A DNA stretch of 41,005 bases from Folioceros fuciformis (Eukaryota), in contig JBNGIO010006272.1 in assembly GCA_049999805.1 (NCBI GenBank), forward strand, positions 147,638 to 188,642, given 5' to 3'. How positions within the stretch are numbered: the stretch's first letter is position 1; every line of letters begins with the position of its first letter. The position numbers and the translations under genes are program-made. Below, one piece after another: positions 33,337 to 41,005 of the stretch. Below the pieces are notes generated by a model, which saw only the letters and a program-made list of their open reading frames with translations, made no database searches and was not told where the DNA came from.

Positions 33337-36300
33337 TCATCGTATTGTTCTCCTTCTGCGAACACCACCGTCGTCGTCGTCATTGCCGTTCGGGACTGCA
33401 CCCTCCCGTACGGATTCTGGTGCAGAAGCTTCCCGTCCAGGGGAAGCTGCTCCGCGAGTTTGCACGCTTGCCTGTGGACCAGGGAGCAAATAAGTGCTGA
33501 CCGATATCGTAAACAAACCTATGCGAACTTTGGTGCAGAGATCTTTTCCTCTCATTTAGATACCTTCAATTGGGCTTGCGTGATCTTCAAGAAAACCGCG
33601 GTTGCATACAGAATACTAAGTGCAACCACCATTGCCACAAATTTCTGCTGGCGGATCGCATCTAGAAGTTGAACCAGAAGCTGTTTCCCCTTCACAAGCA
33701 GAATGTCATTTTGTTCTGATACGTAGTCCAGTGCCCTTGTCCAGATCGGCGGTAGCTCCTCCGGCAGGAGGGGAGGAGGCTGTCCCTTCTGCTCGTGGGA
33801 CAAACATTCAGAACTCGTAATCAGGTGATCCACAACTCTCTTTCTCACTATATGGTGGGGAAAGCATTCATTCTCTGGTTATAAAATCAGAAGCCAAGTG
33901 ACTTACAAACTTCGGAAGCCCGACAGCGGTATCCCCCTCATGTATCATCTCTGAAATCCAAGCTACAACCTGTACCCACCGGGAGAAATCAAGAACGAAA
34001 AATAAAAAACGCCCGATGAATTACATCAAGGCAAAGTCACAGTCATACCTCCGAAGCTGTTGCTGACCCGTTGTATTTGGTAACTATCTGTGAGGCCACT
34101 TTCTGCTGCTCTTCCACCAATGTCTGCCACATATTTGGATTTCGTATCGGCTCTTCTTCTTTCTGCTCTCTTTCATACCGGACCATGAATATCTTCGGTA
34201 TATCATCATTAGCTGCCATAGTTCGAGGTCCGCACGCCTCAAACATCGTCTCCCCGTGCAAATAAAACAAGCAAAAATGCTGCCAGCGGGTTCAAAGTGA
34301 CGTTAGCAAGGCATCAAGATATCATCTCTCACACTCAATCTGCGCAACTCATTTGTACAGGTAACATGTCCATGATTTAGATACCTGCTGAGCCTCCCCA
34401 TCCAGCCACGCTAAGGTGAGACGTTTTTGCATCAAGGCATTTGCAGCAACCACGTGCTCCACAGAGTCCAAGTCATTCGCGGGATGTCGCATTAGAATTT
34501 CCTGAGCCTCCCTTAACACCTAGCAATTGGACCACGAGTCACCCTCCCCACATTGCTTGGACTTGTTGAGTTGAAGGTCATTTCTCGAAACAGCGAGACT
34601 CAAATTCTCAAGCACAAGTGATACAAAAGATTGCCATGCAGAATAGTTGAACAAAGTAGAAAGAGGATTTCTGAGTCTTACTGCACGCTTATGATTGAGC
34701 TCAAAACCAGGCTTTCCAGCCACAATGACACAGTACCATATGGGTGTCTCTGCTCCCGCACGGGAATAGGCTGCTGGGTTACACCCAAGCTCGGTTGCCG
34801 AGATGCTCCTCAATTGGGGCGGCACTGTTTTTGGAGAGGATGCCACAAACAGTTAAGTTTCGTTGACAAGATTCCCTTGCTTTCAGGTGGTCACCCCTGA
34901 GAATTCCCCTTTCATGCTTACCAAGCACCTGACTTACCATGAGTCTTATGTTCATCCATCAGCTTGCGGAATGTGGAACTGTTTGCCTCACCTGCATCTC
35001 AGAATCTGACGGTCAGACATTTACGAACAATGCCTTGCCTTTAGATCGCTTCATCTGCAAATCTCTGAAAGCAACCCAATACACTGACCATAATGAATGA
35101 CTGGCTCCACTCCAGGCTCCTTCAGGAACACTAAGGCTGGAGCAGATTCAACTTCAAGGCTGAACGGTAAAGGACGCAATGTCATTGTCACCCATACACT
35201 GGGTCTACACTGCTAGGATCAGGGATTAACCTATCCCACCTTAGGCTACAAATTGCAAAATCGTGGCCCACTCTCAATCTTCTGTGTAGTTCATTGTGTA
35301 CACGGTGATATCTTACCTTGTTACCCAGAAGGTCTCATCCTCCTTGCGCCACAAGGAAAGACTAATAACAACACGCTCCCGATGCTTCTTAGCAGCTTCC
35401 CTTATGTAAGGTGCTACTCTTACGCCCGAATCAGATAAGATGATCACTTTAACCTGCACCAAGACCCTTTTATCATCAATCCCAGAAAGTCGTACCCTCA
35501 AAATGAACACAGATCAGTAAAAGCTGGACCTGGTGGGGGACAGACTTTTGGAGGACCTCCGTCATCTGCAGACACACATACATAACTTCAAGCCAACATC
35601 AAGGAGACCTTCATGATAGAAACGGGGCAGATGCGTAAAATCAACTCTGCAAATAAAGACTTGCAAGTGAAAGTACCAGCGAGATTGGAGTTTGAAACAC
35701 AATTCGAGGGAGTCTCAAAAGTTTTGAAGCCACCCAGTCCTCCACATCCAGCCAAACCATTGGTCCAGCATACCTGAGTGTGGGAAAGCAAAGGAGCTTG
35801 CTAAACATATCGACAAGGCAACACAGAGATTTCAAGTTGCCTCAGAGACAGCTTCCAGACAAGTGTGATACCTGGCAAGGCACTCTAGCCTCTGACAATG
35901 TGGGGTGAAGACAACAATCTCAGGAACTCCTGCAGATATATGTAATTATGAGCTGATTGCAAGAGATGGAGATGCCAAAAATATGCTTGTGTTCTGTTCA
36001 GGCAAAACCGGGCGGCCCTAAAAAATACCTCTTTGAATATACGGAGACCCCGTTGCCCAGCTTCTCTGACACAGGAGTCTGACCAGTTGGATCTCTCCAA
36101 GCTCAACCCTTGCGAGATTGGCAACACCCTCAAATCTTTGGCCTGAGTAATGCAGCTCACCAATGCTTTGACTTAATGACACTATTGCTTTAACCTAGTG
36201 ACTAAAGTGAAAAGCAGCCAAGCTCAGCAGTGGAAAGCAGCCTTGTCATTAACAAGATTGAGGGCACTTACGAAGTATTTCCCAATCATTTGCGAACTTT

Positions 36301-37492
36301 CGTGATTTTTCACTTGCTACCGAATATATCTGTTACAGACCGTTAGACGCATCCTGATGATGGAAAGTTTCAATGGCAGAGAAAGGTGCAGGGCCCAACG
36401 TTTTCACACCTGTACAATCCATGTCTCTGTGCTGTTCAGGACTTCCTCGAAAAAACTCGTGTAAAACAGATCCACGGTCGCAGATGGGATGGCTTCTGCA
36501 TGCGGTAAAAGAAATGTCAGGCTCATTCAAGAATACGCTGTTAGTGAAGGGAGGGCGCCAAGACTTTGAAGTCTTTTAAGCTGGTTGCTTATCCTTGCTG
36601 TGCTATTAACATTCTGCACCCGCCTCCCTACGTAGCTACAACGTTCATCAAAAAAGTTTCGACCTGACGTTCAGATGGAGCAACTTACCGACAGCTGGAA
36701 CATCCCACAGACGGAACACAACATCGGGTTTGCTCTCATCTTTTTCCACCACTTTGGCCTCACGAACTGCTTCCTGCCCTCGGAGAACAAAGTAAACAAC
36801 ACGGACCATCTCCTCGACTTTGTCCTACCTAGCTTCAACCACATGAGACACATCACGCGTTGCAAGTGATCTCACCTCTAACTCATCAACTTCAAAATTG
36901 TCGTAATCTCTGCGCCTCGTATCATGAGAAAGAACATCATAAGCATGCTGTATCTGCAAGAGTAGAGCTCTCAACCAGTGAGCCAGTCAAAGCAAGCTAG
37001 TACAAACGACGACTCAGGAGACCGCAATGACTCTACCTCGATAATTCTCCGTCGAGAATCAGGTCCATCCTTTCCATCCTCGAGCCTGCAATACCAGCCC
37101 CATCGTTGTCAACAAGCAAATGGCAAGCTTCCTGAAATTCCAAACCTCACAACCGAGCTGCAACCGAACTCGCAACCAGTTCACAAGGTACAGCCAGACA
37201 GCTCCCTGCTAACAAACCTACCATTTATGAGTGAGCTTATCGTATGCAGCGAAAACTTCCTCTGCAGTAGCGTTTCTCCGGAGCCCCAGAACTGCACAGA
37301 AATTCGAATCAGCGTCCATTTCAAGAATAGTCAAAACAGATCGTACCAGCTGGAAACAGGACCATGTGATCGTTCAAACCCGGCACCTTGGTAGTGAAAC
37401 ATGGTGTACTCGGCTCCTCCATTTGGAATTACCAACAAGCAGGTGAGCAGAATCAGGGCCAAGCTTAGGATGCCGATGTGTGGAGATCCCAT
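33337..37492 (-). CDS. DnaJ-domain + thioredoxin-like membrane protein (DNAJC16-like plant family), many exons
   Basis: Hydrophobic N-terminus; FHYQ|VLGLRRNATAEEVFAAYDKLTHKW|LEDGKDGPD...|IQHAYDVLSHDTRRRDYDNF; Trx-like segments (LPMLLSSFP, WYCVIVAGKPG); C-terminal TM (FVAMVVALSILYATAVFL). Confidence 0.8.
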
Positions 37493-37782
37493 TTCGAGGA
37501 CTGGAAAATTAGCACCCAGCCAGCTCAAGTTACAGTACATGGAAGGTCGACGTCCCCCCCTCCCCCCCCGTCGATCTCTATTCTCGATGTAGAAGTGCAA
37601 GAGAACCTCTAAAAGTGAACCGGATTCTTATTGGAAGTGGTTAATAAAGATCCACGCAAATAAATCCACATAAATAGATTTTATAATAAAAGAAGAGGTG
37701 GAACCGTGTAACCCGTAAAAGAAAGGGAAACAAACCCATTCCAGTACATGTAATACCCAGCCATATGGGGGGTTTCGCGCTC

Positions 37783-37817
37783 TATATATGTGCATGTCTG
37801 GTCTACGGGTTAGGGTA
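37783..37817 (+). promoter_or_regulatory. RPS27a core promoter: TATA box and telo-box-like motif
   Basis: TATATAT 37783-37789; GGTTAGGGT at ~37808-37817 resembles the telo-box of plant ribosomal protein genes. Confidence 0.45.
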
Positions 37818-37916
37818 TATCTTGCCCTAGGCTATTTGTTCGGGTGAGCCCGATGAATCCTGTCCTTTGAGCGAGTGGTCTTCTGGCGCAGGTGCTGGCG
37901 GCTAGTGGTGGGCGCG

Positions 37917-38605
<689 letters not shown>

Positions 38606-39307
38606 GCTTTTCTGGACCGTGTCGGTGCGGAGGGAAGAGGCTGAAACCGCCCTCTTCCGTATTTCAGAGTGAGCTGCGATGGGGGTGATTTTTCAGGAGG
38701 CACCCCGTTGTGGACGCAATTAGTTTAGGCTTGTTGAGACTGACATCTCCATCAATTGTCGAGATCCTGTGTTGTGAACGGATTTGGTCCTGTGTTTTGA
38801 AAGGATTTCGATAGGATACGCTGTCATATCCGAAACACTCGTTTGTCTGTTTTGGCTGTGTGAATTTTATCAGCCAGTGTTCAGGTCTGACATCTACATG
38901 TAACGTGCCCTTCGTAATTCCACCTTTGAAACAGGAGCGCGACTGTGAGGGGCAGCCTGCCTTTGGGGACAGGGGAGGGGGGTTCGATCTCTTTGCTTGG
39001 TCGTGTATTCCGATGCGAACCACCGTGCTAATAGCATCGTAAGGTGGGTTTCTTCAGTCTTCAGAAAAGGACGTATGTGGGAGCAGTTGCCAGAGTACGA
39101 TCGTGTGTATTTGAGGAACACGTTACTGCTCGGTGCACACCAGATGGCGAAAACTACCAGGGGATGACCCTGGGAGTATCCAAAATTTCCGTGGCGGACT
39201 AAGCAAAAATTGCTGCCAAACATTTCTTTAGGCCACTTTCGAAGAGAACTCCTCGAATTTCTCAAGACAACTATCAGGAAAAAAAGTCTTTTCATACTTT
39301 CGATCAC

Positions 39308-39391
39308 TGCATTTTACCGGGTTGGATCCAGCGATTTGAGAATCTTTCTGCAATTCACAGTCATCCACTCTACCAACTGAGCTAAAGTGGA
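39308..39391 (-). pseudogene. Degenerate intron-containing tRNA-Tyr-derived pseudogene or SINE head
   Basis: Intact A-box/D-arm TAGCTCAGTTGGTAGAG; GACTGTGA plus an intron-like ATTGCAGAAAG; degenerate B-box GGATCCAACCC; broken acceptor stem; T7 run about 22 nt downstream. Confidence 0.75.
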
Positions 39392-41005
39392 ATGCTAACA
39401 AAGTTTCCATTAACTTTAAATTTGTAGAATTTTGTACATTGTAAAAAACTAGAAGCTGAACATGTCCCCTTCTCCAGATAGCCAAGTCCTCCTTTCGCTA
39501 ATAGATGGGAGTCTTTGAAAGAAATTCTTTCTTATTGGTCATAAGTATTTTATGCTTTGCTCATCGAGAAGCATTCACTTTCTCAAATTTTGCTTAATAC
39601 TGCAGTACATTGCAAAATGACATATAGTTGCAGGTTGAGTTTGAAAGTCATCACATACATAGCCACCTAACTTCAAAGTGGTGCCTTCTAGCCCATATAA
39701 GTGGGCATTTTGCTAGGCTTCTAACACACCCAAATGGTGTTGGATGTTTGTATCACTTCATGGCAAAAGAAGAGATTAGATTGTCCTCAGCCCTCACGTG
39801 TGTTGCATATGTTTAACATGAGACGTGTGCAATCTGAAAGCCCATTTCTAAGGTTCTTTTCCATATGAAGAACAATTCAAGCCGGTTGTAGGCAACCATT
39901 TCCCAGAGCTTCCTACCAATTAGCAGACCACACAGATCTAGTCGAACATGCTTGAGTTATGCACTGGTATGTAAATGGCTCTACCAACTCAATGGAAATC
40001 TCTCTCAAAGCTTCGTGCCATCCATACTTTTAGTACCCTCCCTTCTTTCTCCCAACTTACTTCCCTAGGCCTTGTGCTCATGTTTTACTTACAAGAAGAA
40101 AACCAAGATTGCTCAGCTTTAATTTATCACTGGCGCAAGTTTGTTATGACCCTGACATGGAATTAGCCAACTTGTGCGTCTCCACTTCCCAAATGCATCC
40201 ACGCAATGAAAGGAGCTTGTTTGAAGAGAAGCACACCCCCCCTTTTAGTGGAAAAGTTTGCAGCGTGGTGGCTTTGGATTTTGTGCCACGTACATGCATA
40301 CCGGAAACTATCTCCCTCTTTTGGTAGGAATCTCCTGTTCTTTCGGGTGAGGCTCTCCGTGTGACTGCCATCCCTTTGCAGTGGCCAGAACGAAAAGGTT
40401 TTCATGTGTTCCGAAAGTGTCCAATGTACTAAAAGGTGGCAACAAAATCCTCAACGGATGAATGAAAGAGCATCTCAGCAAAGACGGACAAGCGTACATA
40501 CATACGCAGCCCAGCACTGCTATACCGCAACCGCAAGCGCCGATGCAACAAACAATCGAATCCCAACCCCGACCACATGTCACATGCAACCAAATGGACA
40601 GGCATGTGTGATGACGTCGCGAGCGCAAGCTCGAGCTCGGCAAAACGGGTCACTGCTGAATTGAATGCGGACGACAACCAACTGCAGCCCGGTTGCAGCA
40701 ATCTTTTGACCAACCACCGTGTCGTCCGTCGTCGTTACCGCCAGTAGCGTGTACGGCTCAGAATAAGGGCAAGCAGGCTATAATGGACGCCCGACTTCCC
40801 GGGCAAGCAACCATGCACGCAAGCAAAGCGGTGGCCCGGATGTGTGAGGTCAAACATCTGCCAGGCCAGGCTAGCCGGCAGCCCTGGCCGCAGCCGCAGC
40901 GGCGCAGGGTAAGGGTCATGAAATGACATAAAACATGACCCCACAGCACGGCAGTCCAGAGCGCAGCGCAGCACCCGCAAATCACAACCCACCAAGCCCC
41001 CGCCA

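Overview
Eukaryotic, gene-dense nuclear DNA with mostly ~80-130 nt GT-AG introns. Gene content and architecture point to a compact non-seed land-plant genome; a hornwort such as Anthoceros is my best inference and is not proven. Recognisable genes in order: FAX/TMEM14 (5'-truncated), histone H4, CWC24/RNF113A, SYT6-type SMP+C2 protein, LORELEI-like GPI-anchored protein, THA8-like PPR, APC2, VCCN/bestrophin channel, an orphan ORF, CDC73, LTV1, intronless SelO, an MFAP1 pseudogene, an HPD-less DnaJ/thioredoxin protein, ubiquitin-RPS27a and a decayed intron-containing tRNA-Tyr. Top observation: the H4 3'UTR carries an algal/metazoan-style histone stem-loop (GGTGTT-TTTTG-AACACC-ACCC), which land plants are generally said to lack. 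Second: the intergenic DNA holds several intron- or splice-site-containing relic copies of exons from genes in this same window, and some exon ends have expanded into tandem repeats. Exon boundaries were read by eye and family assignments are from recalled sequence similarity, not database searches.
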